Shown here: positions 27,125 to 37,725 of the stretch, in pieces
How positions within the stretch are numbered: the stretch's first letter is position 1
Layout: each line of letters starts with the position of its first letter
Source of the DNA: Bacillota bacterium
GTDB taxonomy: Bacteria > Bacillota > Negativicutes > Sporomusales > Sporomusaceae
Length of the DNA: 64,000 nt
Assembly (NCBI GenBank): GCA_017889705.1
Contig: JAGGAB010000010.1
Coordinates: 3,636 to 67,635 of the forward strand
Direction: 5' to 3'
The notes under the pieces: model-generated
Databases searched by the model: none
What the model was told of the DNA's origin: nothing
Seen by the model: the letters and a program-made list of their open reading frames with translations, nothing else
Position numbers and translations under genes: made by a program

Positions 27125-28405
27125 TTATTTAGGTTGAACTAGTCGCATACCACGGTTGTTAACCTCAGATAATAGACGTTCTTCATCAATGGTAGTCAGC
27201 CGGTAATTATCAAGCAGGATTTTACCGTCAACAATTACGGTATGAACATCACGTCCGCTGGCAGCATAAGTCAATAACGACAGACGATCATGCCGCGGAT
27301 ACCAATGTGGCTGCTGCATATCAAAGATAGTCAAGTCGGCTTTATAGTTAGGTTGAATTTTGCCGGTTATGCTGCCTAAACTTAGTGCTTCCGCTCCCTT
27401 GGCAGTTGCCATATCCACAGCGGTTTGAGCCGGAATAGACAATGGATCCAAACGCTGCACTTTATGCAGCATAGCTGCCAACCGTACTTCTTCGAGCATA
27501 TCCAGATTATTATTGCTGGCTGCCCCATCTGTTCCTAGGCCGACACAAATTCCAGCCTGAAGCATATCGGGAACAGGCGCAACTCCGCTGGCCAGCTTCA
27601 TATTGCTGCCAGGATTATGAGCAACCCGTACCTTTTTCGCTTTCATAATGTCAATATCAGTAGGTGATACATGAACACAGTGAGCAGCTAATACGCCATG
27701 GTCAAGAATACCTAGTTCCTGCATGAGGGCAATCGGCGATTTGCCATATTGTTTTTGGCAATCAGCCACTTCCCCTGCTGTTTCTGATAAATGAATATGG
27801 ATTTGCGCTTCCAGTTTGTCAGCCAAAGCCGTCACTTTTTTCAAGTAATCCGGCGGACAGGTGTATGGAGCATGCGGTCCCAGCATAACGGTTATTCGAC
27901 CATCAGCTGCATTATGCCATTCTTTATAAAAGTTTTCACTTTCAGCCAGCGCCTGGTTAGCGGTCGGTGCTATCCCGGCCATACCTCTTGACAGCACTGC
28001 GCGAATACCGCTTTCGGCCACAGCCTTAGCGACATCAGGCATAAAAAAGTACATATCGGCAAAACAGGTAGTCCCTGACTTTATCATTTCTGCAATGGCT
28101 AACTGAGTTCCCCAATAGACATCATCTGCAGTCAAATTTGCTTCGGCCGGCCAGATTTTGCTCTGCAGCCAATCCATAAGCAGCATATCATCAGCATAAC
28201 TTCTAAACAGCGTCATGGCTGCATGTGTATGGGTATTAACAAAACCCGGAGTAATCAATTTGTTTTGGCAATCGATTACTCGCTCTGCAGTATCGTCAAC
28301 AGAACCTATTTGCGTAATAATAGAACCTTTTATAACAATATCGGCTTGGCGCACCTGGCCGTCAGCACAAAGAATGTCGCCGCCTTTTAGCAATATACTG
28401 TTCAT
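27125..28405 (-). CDS. mtaD: MTA/SAH deaminase (amidohydrolase)
   Basis: NTHTH, PHAPY, HLSET, GTDGAASNNNLD; context next to ahcY. Confidence 0.85.
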   Translation of the reverse strand: MNSILLKGGDILCADGQVRQADIVIKGSIITQIGSVDDTAERVIDCQNKLITPGFVNTHTHAAMTLFRSYADDMLLMDWLQSKIWPAEANLTADDVYWGTQLAIAEMIKSGTTCFADMYFFMPDVAKAVAESGIRAVLSRGMAGIAPTANQALAESENFYKEWHNAADGRITVMLGPHAPYTCPPDYLKKVTALADKLEAQIHIHLSETAGEVADCQKQYGKSPIALMQELGILDHGVLAAHCVHVSPTDIDIMKAKKVRVAHNPGSNMKLASGVAPVPDMLQAGICVGLGTDGAASNNNLDMLEEVRLAAMLHKVQRLDPLSIPAQTAVDMATAKGAEALSLGSITGKIQPNYKADLTIFDMQQPHWYPRHDRLSLLTYAASGRDVHTVIVDGKILLDNYRLTTIDEERLLSEVNNRGMRLVQPK

Positions 28406-28433
28406 GTATATGGCCCCCTTTTTCATTTCAGGA

Positions 28434-29675
28434 CTAGGCTTGATGCAAATACTCTTCTTGTTCAGTACTAAGTTGGTCAATACTAAAGCCCATGGCCTTA
28501 AGTTTAAGTTCAGCAACCTGATTATCCATTTCGGTTGTCACTGTGTATACCTTATTTTCGAGAGTTGCATGATTCTCGGCAATATGCAGCACTGCCAGTG
28601 TTTGCATCGCAAATGACAAGTCCATAATTTCAGTAGGATGACCATCACCGGCAGCCAGATTAACTAAGCGGCCTTCTGCCAACAGATATAATTTTCGTCC
28701 ATCTGCCATAACAAATTCCTCAATATTTTTGCGAACGGTTTTGCAGCTTTTGGCTAATGCAACTAAATGCTCTTTATTAATTTCAACATCAAAGTGACCG
28801 GCATTGGCCATAATAGCACCTGGTTTCATAACTTCCATATGTTCGCGGCGAATAACATCTTTGCAGCCTGTTAGCGTAACAAAGATGTCACCTCGAGCGG
28901 CTGCTTCCTGCATTGGCAGCACGCTAAAGCCGTCAAATACAGCTTCAATGGCTTTGATTGGATTAATTTCGGTAATAATAACATTGGCTCCCAGTCCCTT
29001 GGCTCGCATAGCCACACCTTTACCACACCAGCCATAACCGGCAACAACAACTGTTTTGCCTGTTACTGTGAGGTTGGTGGTTCTCATAATACCATCCCAG
29101 GTAGATTGACCGGTACCATAGCGATTGTCAAACAGGTATTTGCAATATGCATCATTTACCGCAACCATCGGGAATTTTAGACGCTTGCTTTCTTCTAAGG
29201 CCCGCAGACGCAAAACACCAGTTGTTGTTTCTTCAGAACCACCCAGAATATTGCCTAACATATCACTGCGCTCACCATGCAGCAAAGATACCAAATCGCC
29301 GCCATCATCAACAATAATATCCGGTTTAGTATCAAGAGCCTTATGTAAACATTGTTCATATTCTTCTGCAGTTGTATTATACCAGGCAAACACTTTGACT
29401 CCCTGTGAAGCCAGTCCTGCTGCCACATCATCTTGTGTAGAAAGCGGGTTGCTGCCGGTCACAGCCACATTTGCCCCGGCATTTTTAAGCACCAAGGCCA
29501 GATAGGCTGTCTTAGCTTCTAAATGCATAGTAATAACCAGATTTTTTCCGGCTAATGGTTTTGTTTTTGATAGTTTATCATTTAATACGTTAAGCACAGG
29601 CATAAATTCTTTAACCCAGTTAATTTTATCCATGCCCTGTGGTGCTAAATTGATATCGCGAATCATTGATTCCAT
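28434..29675 (-). CDS. ahcY: Adenosylhomocysteinase
   Basis: HLEAKTA, SNPLSTQD, EETTTG, FDNRYGTGQS, GRLVNL. Confidence 0.96.
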   Translation of the reverse strand: MESMIRDINLAPQGMDKINWVKEFMPVLNVLNDKLSKTKPLAGKNLVITMHLEAKTAYLALVLKNAGANVAVTGSNPLSTQDDVAAGLASQGVKVFAWYNTTAEEYEQCLHKALDTKPDIIVDDGGDLVSLLHGERSDMLGNILGGSEETTTGVLRLRALEESKRLKFPMVAVNDAYCKYLFDNRYGTGQSTWDGIMRTTNLTVTGKTVVVAGYGWCGKGVAMRAKGLGANVIITEINPIKAIEAVFDGFSVLPMQEAAARGDIFVTLTGCKDVIRREHMEVMKPGAIMANAGHFDVEINKEHLVALAKSCKTVRKNIEEFVMADGRKLYLLAEGRLVNLAAGDGHPTEIMDLSFAMQTLAVLHIAENHATLENKVYTVTTEMDNQVAELKLKAMGFSIDQLSTEQEEYLHQA

Positions 29676-29692
29676 AATGAAATTTCCTCCCC

Positions 29693-30742
29693 TTATTTAC
29701 AATACTGTTTTAGTTGCTTGATCGATTCTGTATATGGGCTGCGTAATATGCCATATTCAGTAATAATAGCCGATACCAGGCTGTGTGGCGTTACATCAAA
29801 AGCCGGATTAAATACTTTTACACCAGTTGGTGCCACACAGTTACCGCCAAATGAAGTTACTTCCGATTCTGAACGTTCTTCTATAGGGATATCGTCACCG
29901 GAAGATATCGTAAAATCGAATGTGGATGACGGCGCAGCAACATAGAAAGGTATATTATGTTCTTTTGCCAATACAGCTACACTGTAAGTGCCAATCTTAT
30001 TGGCAACATCACCGTTTAATGCAATACGGTCTGCTCCGACGATTACAGCCTGCACCATGTTATTTTTCATAACCCAGCCGGCCATATTATCGGTAATTAA
30101 CGTTACCGGAATATTATCTTGCATAAGTTCCCAGGCAGTTAGCCTGGCCCCTTGCAATAATGGTCTGGTCTCATCGGCAAAAACCTGAGTGATATTGCCT
30201 TGCTTCCAGGCTTTACGAATAACACCAAGGGCGGTGCCAACAGCAACAGTTGCCAACGCGCCAGCATTGCAATGAGTGAGTACAGCGGTCGGCGCCGTAA
30301 ATAAACTCGCACCATGAACGGCCATCTGTTCATTAACGGCTTTGTCCTGCTCACTGATAGTCAGCGCTGCCTCTTGCAATGCCGCTATAACATCTTGGGT
30401 ATTGGCAGTTTCCGGCACCTGGTTAACTACAGTTAGCATGCGGTCAATCGCCCAAAACAGATTTACGGCCGTCGGCCTGGTTTTTCGCAGAGCATCAGCT
30501 ATTTGTGTTAATTTTTCCTTAAGTTCCGGCATATTGAGGTTTTGTTGGCGAAGCTCCTTGGCACCCAACACCATCGCAAACGCAGCTGCCGCTCCGATTG
30601 CCGGAGCGCCACGCACTTCCAGCCGTCTGATGGCTTCGGCTACCCGTTGCCAGTCATGACACTCAATATATTCAACTTCATTGGGTAAGAGCGTCTGATT
30701 AATGAGCGAAAGGCAGTTGTTAGACCAATCAAGAGTGTGCAT
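29693..30742 (-). CDS. mtnA: Methylthioribose-1-phosphate isomerase
   Basis: VRGAPAIG, RPTAVNL, THCNAG, ETRP, NKIGTY, NPAFDVTP. Confidence 0.95.
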   Translation of the reverse strand: MHTLDWSNNCLSLINQTLLPNEVEYIECHDWQRVAEAIRRLEVRGAPAIGAAAAFAMVLGAKELRQQNLNMPELKEKLTQIADALRKTRPTAVNLFWAIDRMLTVVNQVPETANTQDVIAALQEAALTISEQDKAVNEQMAVHGASLFTAPTAVLTHCNAGALATVAVGTALGVIRKAWKQGNITQVFADETRPLLQGARLTAWELMQDNIPVTLITDNMAGWVMKNNMVQAVIVGADRIALNGDVANKIGTYSVAVLAKEHNIPFYVAAPSSTFDFTISSGDDIPIEERSESEVTSFGGNCVAPTGVKVFNPAFDVTPHSLVSAIITEYGILRSPYTESIKQLKQYCK

Positions 30743-30759
30743 TAAAAATTAAAGCCTCC

Positions 30760-31551
30760 TTATAGTTTAAAACCGCCATATTCGGCTAATGCATGTTTAC
30801 AAGTACAATCAGCTTGTGGGTCCATTCCTTCGATAGTAGCCAAAATCAATTGTTTAATCTTTTCAGTATTGGCTTGCATAGTATCTAACACTTCATGATG
30901 AGTCAGCGGCTGCGGCGAAATGCCGGCAGCAAAATTGGTAACCATGGAAACAGTAGCATAGCACATTTCGGCTTCCCTGGCCAAAATCACCTCTGGTACG
31001 TTGGTCATGCCTACAACATCACCACCCAGTTTAGCAAACATCTTGATTTCAGCAGGTGTCTCAAAACGTGGGCCTTCAGTACACACATAAGTGCCCTGCT
31101 GGTGACAGGTAATACCAAGTTTTTGGGCAGATGCAGTCAGCACATTCCGGACTGTTGGACAGTACGGTGCTGTTACATCAAGATGGACAACCCCTCTTTC
31201 TCCGCCTTCATAAAAGGTTGTTGTCCGGTTTTTTATAAAATCAAGGAATTGATCGATAAGTACAAAATCCCCGGGCTTCATGTCCGAATTCAGCGAACCT
31301 ACTGCAGTTGTCGCAATAATATTTTGCACACCCATCTTTTTGATAGCCCAAATATTGGCCCGATAATTGATTAAATGCGGCGGAATAGAATGATTACTGC
31401 CATGCCGTGGAATAAATGCAACCTCTTTGCCAGCATATTCACCACTTTTAAAATTTACAACACCGTAAGGAGTTGGCACCCATTGTTCACGAATATTATT
31501 CAAGATTTTAGGATCATATACACCGGTTCCACCTATAATGGCAATTTTCAT
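30760..31551 (-). CDS. mtnP: S-methyl-5'-thioadenosine/inosine phosphorylase
   Basis: IIGGTG, PRHG, EGPRFET, VGMT, VTN. Confidence 0.9.
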   Translation of the reverse strand: MKIAIIGGTGVYDPKILNNIREQWVPTPYGVVNFKSGEYAGKEVAFIPRHGSNHSIPPHLINYRANIWAIKKMGVQNIIATTAVGSLNSDMKPGDFVLIDQFLDFIKNRTTTFYEGGERGVVHLDVTAPYCPTVRNVLTASAQKLGITCHQQGTYVCTEGPRFETPAEIKMFAKLGGDVVGMTNVPEVILAREAEMCYATVSMVTNFAAGISPQPLTHHEVLDTMQANTEKIKQLILATIEGMDPQADCTCKHALAEYGGFKL

Positions 31552-31561
31552 AGTTATCACC

Positions 31562-32224
31562 CTACCTTTCCAGTTCATTTTCTATATTACAGATTGTCAA
31601 CAAATCCTTAATAGTTGCGAGTTCATAATCTGGTTTTTCAGCCAGAAGCTGATCCCAATCTATCTGGGTCCACCGGACTGCGGCAGTTCTGAGGCCTGCA
31701 GCACGTGCGCTGGCCAAATCGAACGGACTATCTCCCACCATCAGGCATTCTTCCGGTGGAAGTTTAATTTCAGCAAGTGCCCGCAGCACAGGTTCAGGAT
31801 GCGGCTTGTGATTTTGGCATTCCTCATGCCCGATAACGGTAATAAAATATTTATCCATATCAAACAGCTTCAAGCCACGAATAGCCGTAGTTTTCGTCTT
31901 AGAAGTTACAATTGCCAAACTTATACCCTGATTATAAAGTTTCTGGATTGTTTCCGGCACACTGTCAAAGCCTGTTGTCAGCTCATCATGGTAAGCAAGA
32001 TTATATTCTCGATATGTCTTAATCAATTCTTCGACTTTATCAGAACCATAATGTTCCATGGCAGCTCTGAGGGGCTTACCGAAAAAAGCATATATTTCCT
32101 GTGGTGTAAGCGCTCGTCCATAATGCTTAGTAAATGTATGTTGAAATGAACGGATAATCAAATTCGATGTATCAATCAAGGTACCATCTAAATCAAATAA
32201 AATACCTTTAATTCTCAAAGCCAT
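31562..32224 (-). CDS. ppaX: HAD-family pyrophosphatase PpaX
   Basis: FDLDGTL, VTSK, KPHPEP, GDSPFD. Confidence 0.8.
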   Translation of the reverse strand: MALRIKGILFDLDGTLIDTSNLIIRSFQHTFTKHYGRALTPQEIYAFFGKPLRAAMEHYGSDKVEELIKTYREYNLAYHDELTTGFDSVPETIQKLYNQGISLAIVTSKTKTTAIRGLKLFDMDKYFITVIGHEECQNHKPHPEPVLRALAEIKLPPEECLMVGDSPFDLASARAAGLRTAAVRWTQIDWDQLLAEKPDYELATIKDLLTICNIENELER

Positions 32225-32433
32225 CCTCCTAAATAATAGTAGATCCAGTATTGCTAGAAGGTGTTAAAAGGCAAGCATATAACTTGTCCTAACTTTCAAA
32301 TTATAAAATCGGTTATTCTGTATAGCTGGACATAATAAAATGTCCACTTTGCATTTCAAGCAGAACAACACAAATATATATATATTATTATTCCAGCTAC
32401 AAAGATAAATCCCTTTTAGCAAGCTTTGCCGAG

Positions 32434-32850
32434 CTACAAGTTTACGCCAATAAAACCGCCTAAAGCACCGGCTAAACTGCCTGCAGCAAACTTATTGACC
32501 AACATAAGCCAGGATACTTGTTCATGGCCAAGTTCAAGACTCACACCAATTGAAAATAGTACATATACACCGCCAACAGCGCAGCCTATAAGTAATCCTT
32601 TAGCAGCTGTTTGTTTTGTTGCATAGACACTACCGACAAAAATACTGATCATTGTAACTGCTACCATAATATATTCAAGATAATTATCAATAAATCTATC
32701 TTCTGATAATAAGCTAATTATCGAAAGACCAACAGCACATAGTAACGAGATAGCAATACTAACAGCCACACCCTTAAAAATAATCAAAGGAATATTAGTA
32801 TTCTCCGGTTTTTTAGGATTGCTTTTAGTCCGATACGATGTTTTGGCCAT
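32434..32850 (-). CDS. Small four-TM membrane protein (TIGR04086-like)
   Basis: KGLLIG, GALGGFIGVN C-terminus. Confidence 0.75.
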   Translation of the reverse strand: MAKTSYRTKSNPKKPENTNIPLIIFKGVAVSIAISLLCAVGLSIISLLSEDRFIDNYLEYIMVAVTMISIFVGSVYATKQTAAKGLLIGCAVGGVYVLFSIGVSLELGHEQVSWLMLVNKFAAGSLAGALGGFIGVNL

Positions 32851-32920
32851 ACTACTTCCTCCTGCAAATCTTTTACTGTAAATTTATGCAGTTAACGGCC
32901 AAATATACCGGAGTTTTAAT

Positions 32921-33676
32921 TTACAGCCCCCAACTATCCAGTTCGTTCATTATTCTATAATTGGTCAAATCAAAATGGATTGGCGTAACAGAGATCTTAC
33001 CATTCTGAACAGCCACAATATCGCTGTCCGGAGCATTTTCGGTATCGGAGACGCGTCCGCTCATCCAATAATAGGTGCGTCCTCGGGGATCAAAACGGCG
33101 CTCAAAGGTATTTTCGTAATTTCGCACTCCCAATTTAGTAATCGCTATCCCTTTTAACTCTTCTTCCGGCAGTGCCGGAACATTAATATTGAGCAGAGTA
33201 TGAGGCGGCAAATTTTGATTAATCATGGTTTCAATCACTTTTTTTGCCGTTTTGGCTGCTGGCCCAAAATCGCATAGCTGCCACGAATCTAAGGACATGG
33301 CAATTGCCGGCAATCCGTGTAAAGCCCCTTCTATAGCAGCACTGACAGTGCCTGAATAAAGCACATCAGTTCCTAGGTTTGAGCCTTGGTTAATACCGGA
33401 AACAATGATATCAGGCAAATCGTCTTTTAGTAACGATTCCAAAGCAACTTTAACACAATCTGTCGGTGTGCCGCCCACCCGCCAAGCACAAATATTGTCA
33501 TCTATAGGATGTTCGTCAACCCAAATAGGATGGTGTACTGTAATTGCCTGGCTTGAGGCACTCTTTTCATTATCTGGCGCCACTACTGTAATGCGGCCAA
33601 TTTGTGACAGTTCTTGCCATAAAGCCTTTATCCCCGGTGCAAATATGCCATCGTCATTTGTCAATAATATATGCAA
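32921..33676 (-). CDS. surE: 5'/3'-nucleotidase SurE
   Basis: LLTNDDG, GTPTDCV, SGINQGSNLG, YSGTV. Confidence 0.96.
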   Translation of the reverse strand: MHILLTNDDGIFAPGIKALWQELSQIGRITVVAPDNEKSASSQAITVHHPIWVDEHPIDDNICAWRVGGTPTDCVKVALESLLKDDLPDIIVSGINQGSNLGTDVLYSGTVSAAIEGALHGLPAIAMSLDSWQLCDFGPAAKTAKKVIETMINQNLPPHTLLNINVPALPEEELKGIAITKLGVRNYENTFERRFDPRGRTYYWMSGRVSDTENAPDSDIVAVQNGKISVTPIHFDLTNYRIMNELDSWGL

Positions 33677-33694
33677 AAGTACAACCCCCTTGCC

Positions 33695-34420
33695 TTATAG
33701 CTGTCCCATGAATTTATGAGTTTGCGGAATCACTCGCACATCGGTAAGCAGTGCTGACGCACATTCTTGATGAACTAACATTTTATCAGGTGAAACTAGT
33801 TCACAACCGTTTGTCGGAGTAACCGGTTGAAGAATTACCGGAATGGAATCACTCACAGAAGCTACCAATTTGAAGGCTTGCTGTAATTCATCATAATTAC
33901 TCTGCCCTGTTACCACTATTTTTACAAAAACCTCTTTAGTAGCTGCCAAGCGCAAAAAATCTGTATGTTCCTGCCAATAAGCCTTCCCGGTTGTACTTGG
34001 CAGTTTTATATCCATACTGATAATATCAATATGCGGTAATACCAAGGCCAACTGCGAAGCCAAAGTACCGTTGGTCTCCAGATAAACCGGTGCCTTAAGC
34101 TGGGGTGCCAACTCGGCAATCATCTGTGCCTGACACAGCGGTTCACCCCCGGTTAGACTGATTGAATGATGTCGAAATGTCAGCAATGAGTTAATTAAAT
34201 TAGCCAGTTTGTCAATAGGCAGCGGGTTTGACAATTGGTAGAAATCCCGGTTTCCAGGAGTTTTTTCTATTAGCGCAGTTCGAACGGTATGGCGAGATTC
34301 AGGAGTATCACAGTAAGCACATGTCAAGTTGCAGCCTGCCAAGCGTGCAAACACCTGCCTTGTACCGACATATAATCCTTCCCCTTGAATCGAAGAAAAT
34401 AGTTCTACAACCTCTATCAT
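33695..34420 (-). CDS. queE: 7-carboxy-7-deazaguanine synthase (radical SAM)
   Basis: SIQGEG, CNLTCAYCDT, TGGEP, ETNG, PQTHK. Confidence 0.93.
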   Translation of the reverse strand: MIEVVELFSSIQGEGLYVGTRQVFARLAGCNLTCAYCDTPESRHTVRTALIEKTPGNRDFYQLSNPLPIDKLANLINSLLTFRHHSISLTGGEPLCQAQMIAELAPQLKAPVYLETNGTLASQLALVLPHIDIISMDIKLPSTTGKAYWQEHTDFLRLAATKEVFVKIVVTGQSNYDELQQAFKLVASVSDSIPVILQPVTPTNGCELVSPDKMLVHQECASALLTDVRVIPQTHKFMGQL

Positions 34421-34424
34421 ACAA

Positions 34425-34802
34425 TTACCTCGTAGGACAATATTTTACGGCCGCACGTGGGGATTCCCACACCTGGATCGAGTAAACTTTTATGTTCTGT
34501 TGAAACGCCGGCGCAGCAGCCAATGAGTCATAAATATATTTTGCTATATTTTCGGCAGTTGGGTTAACGGTTTTAAAGGCTGGCAAATCATTCAGATAAT
34601 AGTGATCAAGATTGTCGATTATTTTATTGACCTCAGCTTTTAGGTCTTTAAAGTCCATAACCATGCCTAAATGATTGAGTTCATGACCGGTAACAGTAAC
34701 TTCCACCTTCCAGTTATGTCCATGCAAACGGCAGCATTTCCCCGGATAATCAGGTAATTGATGGGCAGCCTCAAATTCGGCAATAATAGTCAAATCATAC
34801 AT
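34425..34802 (-). CDS. queD: 6-carboxytetrahydropterin synthase
   Basis: FEAAH, CRLHGHNW, PTAEN. Confidence 0.95.
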   Translation of the reverse strand: MYDLTIIAEFEAAHQLPDYPGKCCRLHGHNWKVEVTVTGHELNHLGMVMDFKDLKAEVNKIIDNLDHYYLNDLPAFKTVNPTAENIAKYIYDSLAAAPAFQQNIKVYSIQVWESPRAAVKYCPTR

Positions 34803-34886
34803 AGTAAATCCTCCTTAACAATAAAACTAATCACAATACTATAGTTTTACAAGCTATATAAAAAAAGATGAGTGTTCACTCACCTT

Positions 34887-36170
34887 TTATTTGATAGCTT
34901 GCTTACTTACCAGAGTTTCCTTAGAAAATTCACTAGAATTGTTTAGCAGCACGTCACGATAACTAAGGCTACGAGTATGCTCCGTATGGCTCCAGCTGCG
35001 CTCGTGGCGATTCAAAAATCCTAGAAAAGTTATTGGTATCCAGCTGTAAATAAACAGAGGGTAAAAAATCGAATAGAACCAGGTTTTCCAATTAGCTCGA
35101 ATTTTGAACAGAACAATTGCCGGGAATATGTATTGACCAAAAGCAATAATCGTCCAAACTTCAAGCGGTAAAACCTTATATAAGATATTTGTATAAAACG
35201 GAGTTATATAGTAAAGATAACTTAACAAGACAAATGTTGTTGATAATAGTAAGAAGTAAGGCTGCACCAGATGCAGTATACCATCTAGTAGTCTTATATC
35301 ACGACGTTTTATGCCTTCAACCAACAACTTAGGAATAAATCGTCCGGCAACATCAAAATGGCCCTGCGCCCAACGTTTCCTTTGATTCCACGCCTGTTTA
35401 AATGTAAGTGGTTTTTCATCATAAACGATAGCATCATGTGCCCAGGTCGTCCGAATACCAATCAATAACACTTTCATGCTAAATTCCATATCCTCAGTCA
35501 GACAGGTAGCACCCCAGCCAAACCTTTTCAGGATATCGGTCGAAATACACATGCCAGTACCGCCTAAGACGCTGGACAATCCTATGTTATATTTCGCTAA
35601 ATGCCAAATATGATTCACTACCCAAAAGGATATGGCAAAAGTTGCCGAAATCCATGTGTCATTCGGGTTTTTCGCATCAAGATATCCTTGAATTACTTTC
35701 TCGCCTTTACAAAGGCGGTTATTCATTTCTAAGAGAAAATTTGGATCTACAAGATTATCAGCATCGAAAACCACTACAGCATCATACTGTTTAGGCTGAG
35801 CGAACAGTTTTTCAAACATCCATTCCATTGCATAGCCCTTGCCACGCTGCTCAAGATTAAAGCGTTCGTGAACAATCGCTCCGGCTTTTTTTGCGATCTG
35901 GGCTGTTTTATCTTTGCAGTTATCTGCTATAACATAAATATCATACAGTTCGCTAGGGTAATTAAGCACATGCAAATTTTCTACCAATTGACCAATAACC
36001 TGTTCTTCATTATGGGCTGCCACAATGAGTGCAAATGTATTTTTGGGGGTTGTAATTTTATCTTCATGTTTTTTTACAAGCCCAAAAAATGCAAGGATAA
36101 AATAGTACAAGGTAAAAAAAACAATGATGAGTTGCATGGGAATCATTATATAGTCAAAAATATAATTCAT
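34887..36170 (-). CDS. Glycosyltransferase family 2, membrane-bound
   Basis: AHNEE, DAD, TED, QRKRW. Confidence 0.92.
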   Translation of the reverse strand: MNYIFDYIMIPMQLIIVFFTLYYFILAFFGLVKKHEDKITTPKNTFALIVAAHNEEQVIGQLVENLHVLNYPSELYDIYVIADNCKDKTAQIAKKAGAIVHERFNLEQRGKGYAMEWMFEKLFAQPKQYDAVVVFDADNLVDPNFLLEMNNRLCKGEKVIQGYLDAKNPNDTWISATFAISFWVVNHIWHLAKYNIGLSSVLGGTGMCISTDILKRFGWGATCLTEDMEFSMKVLLIGIRTTWAHDAIVYDEKPLTFKQAWNQRKRWAQGHFDVAGRFIPKLLVEGIKRRDIRLLDGILHLVQPYFLLLSTTFVLLSYLYYITPFYTNILYKVLPLEVWTIIAFGQYIFPAIVLFKIRANWKTWFYSIFYPLFIYSWIPITFLGFLNRHERSWSHTEHTRSLSYRDVLLNNSSEFSKETLVSKQAIK

Positions 36171-36331
36171 GGATTATTCTCCTTACAGAATCCTGTGGTT
36201 TAACACAAATACTAATGATAATCTACAGGATTTATAAACGGTTTCATGAAACTTTTCATAATAAATAATATGCTAATTCTAGAGGTAAATGATTTATTTT
36301 ACTATTGGTGTAAAGAAACATCATTAGTAAA

Positions 36332-37000
36332 TTATTGGCGGTCAAACATTCCAAATACCGTATTAAAAATGCCGAATATCGCAAAAACAAAGAATGGCAC
36401 AAATAAAATGGCATTAAATGTAATAAATAATATATAAGCGCCAATGGCTACCGAAATAACAGCAGGTATGACCCGAATTGGCTCACCGTCTTTACCTTTA
36501 AAATCTGGATATCTAACAGTACTAACCATCAAATAAGCAAAAACAAGTACCATCAAAGGAAATAACCAGCCAGTCGGTTTTACACCAAGCATAACAAAAG
36601 TTGCTACCACACAACCGGCAGCCGGTATTGGCAAGCCCATAAAATATCCCTTGACAACGCCGGTATTAACATTAAATCTAGCAAGCCGCAGAGCACCACA
36701 GATTGCGAAAGCAGCCGCTATTAAAGCACCGCCAGGAAACTCTTGCAGCATATATACATAGGCCATAATGGCAGGAGCTACACCAAAAGATACCACATCG
36801 CAAAGCGAATCGAGTTCTTTGCCGAAGTCGCTGCTAACACCAAAATACCGGGCTACTCGCCCATCCATTCCATCTGCGACCATAGCTGCAACAACAAACA
36901 GAGCTGCATTAAACAACTCACCTTGAAACGTAAAAATGATGGCAAACATGCCAAAGACCAGATTAACTGCCGTTACTATGTTAGGAATAGCGTTTCTCAC
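36332..37000 (-). CDS. pssA: CDP-diacylglycerol--serine O-phosphatidyltransferase
   Basis: DGMDGRVAR...GKELDSLCD, RLARFN. Confidence 0.93.
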   Translation of the reverse strand: MRNAIPNIVTAVNLVFGMFAIIFTFQGELFNAALFVVAAMVADGMDGRVARYFGVSSDFGKELDSLCDVVSFGVAPAIMAYVYMLQEFPGGALIAAAFAICGALRLARFNVNTGVVKGYFMGLPIPAAGCVVATFVMLGVKPTGWLFPLMVLVFAYLMVSTVRYPDFKGKDGEPIRVIPAVISVAIGAYILFITFNAILFVPFFVFAIFGIFNTVFGMFDRQ

Positions 37001-37638
37001 TCTTCCTTAACCCTCCCTATAACTGTTTTTCCGCCTTTAACTCTGTCCCCCTTCGACACTAAGATTTCAACTGTTGTCGGAACAATAAGTTCAGTGCATG
37101 AACCAAATTTAATAAGGCCGTAGCGTTCACCTTGTTTTAGGACTGTGCCTAAAGTAACCCAGGAAACGATACGCCGGGCTAATATTCCTGCAATTTGCGT
37201 AACTAATACACGCATTTTGCTATTTTCCAAACCAATTGCATGACGTTCATTTTCACAAGCTGCCGATTCTTTGTATGCAGGTTTAAATCGCCCGCATGTA
37301 TACTGCTGATACTTGATTTCACCTTGAACAGGACTACGATTAACATGAACATCAAAAACTGATAAAAAGATAGTAACTTTTATACCTTTATCATTCAAAA
37401 ACTGGTCATCATATACTTCTGTAATGCTCATTACTTTGCCATCTGCAGGCGACATTATCAGGCTGTCATCATCAGGTGCAGCGCGCTTGGGATTGCGGAA
37501 AAAGAAAGTAACAAACGCTGTCAATACTCCGGGAATAATAGCCCAAAGGGCACCCAGATTTAAAGCAGCAATAATTGTGACCAGTCCAAGTACAGTGATG
37601 TATATGTATCCTTCCTTAACTATAGGAGTTCTTACCAT
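36997..37638 (-). CDS. psd: Phosphatidylserine decarboxylase
   Basis: FFRNP, SPADG, HVNRSP, KFGS self-cleavage motif. Confidence 0.93.
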   Translation of the reverse strand: MVRTPIVKEGYIYITVLGLVTIIAALNLGALWAIIPGVLTAFVTFFFRNPKRAAPDDDSLIMSPADGKVMSITEVYDDQFLNDKGIKVTIFLSVFDVHVNRSPVQGEIKYQQYTCGRFKPAYKESAACENERHAIGLENSKMRVLVTQIAGILARRIVSWVTLGTVLKQGERYGLIKFGSCTELIVPTTVEILVSKGDRVKGGKTVIGRVKEE

Positions 37639-37725
37639 CTATCCACCTCCCTACAAAAACCTCCTTGTTGAATTCACCAAAAAGCAAGTTCAATATATCA
37701 GTATAATGTACTTAAACTACTTTGT

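Noticed and set aside
33695-34802. queD/queE as a 7-deazaguanine DNA-modification (dpd) defence locus
   Set aside because: No dpdA/tgt-like or other dpd genes nearby; embedded among core genes
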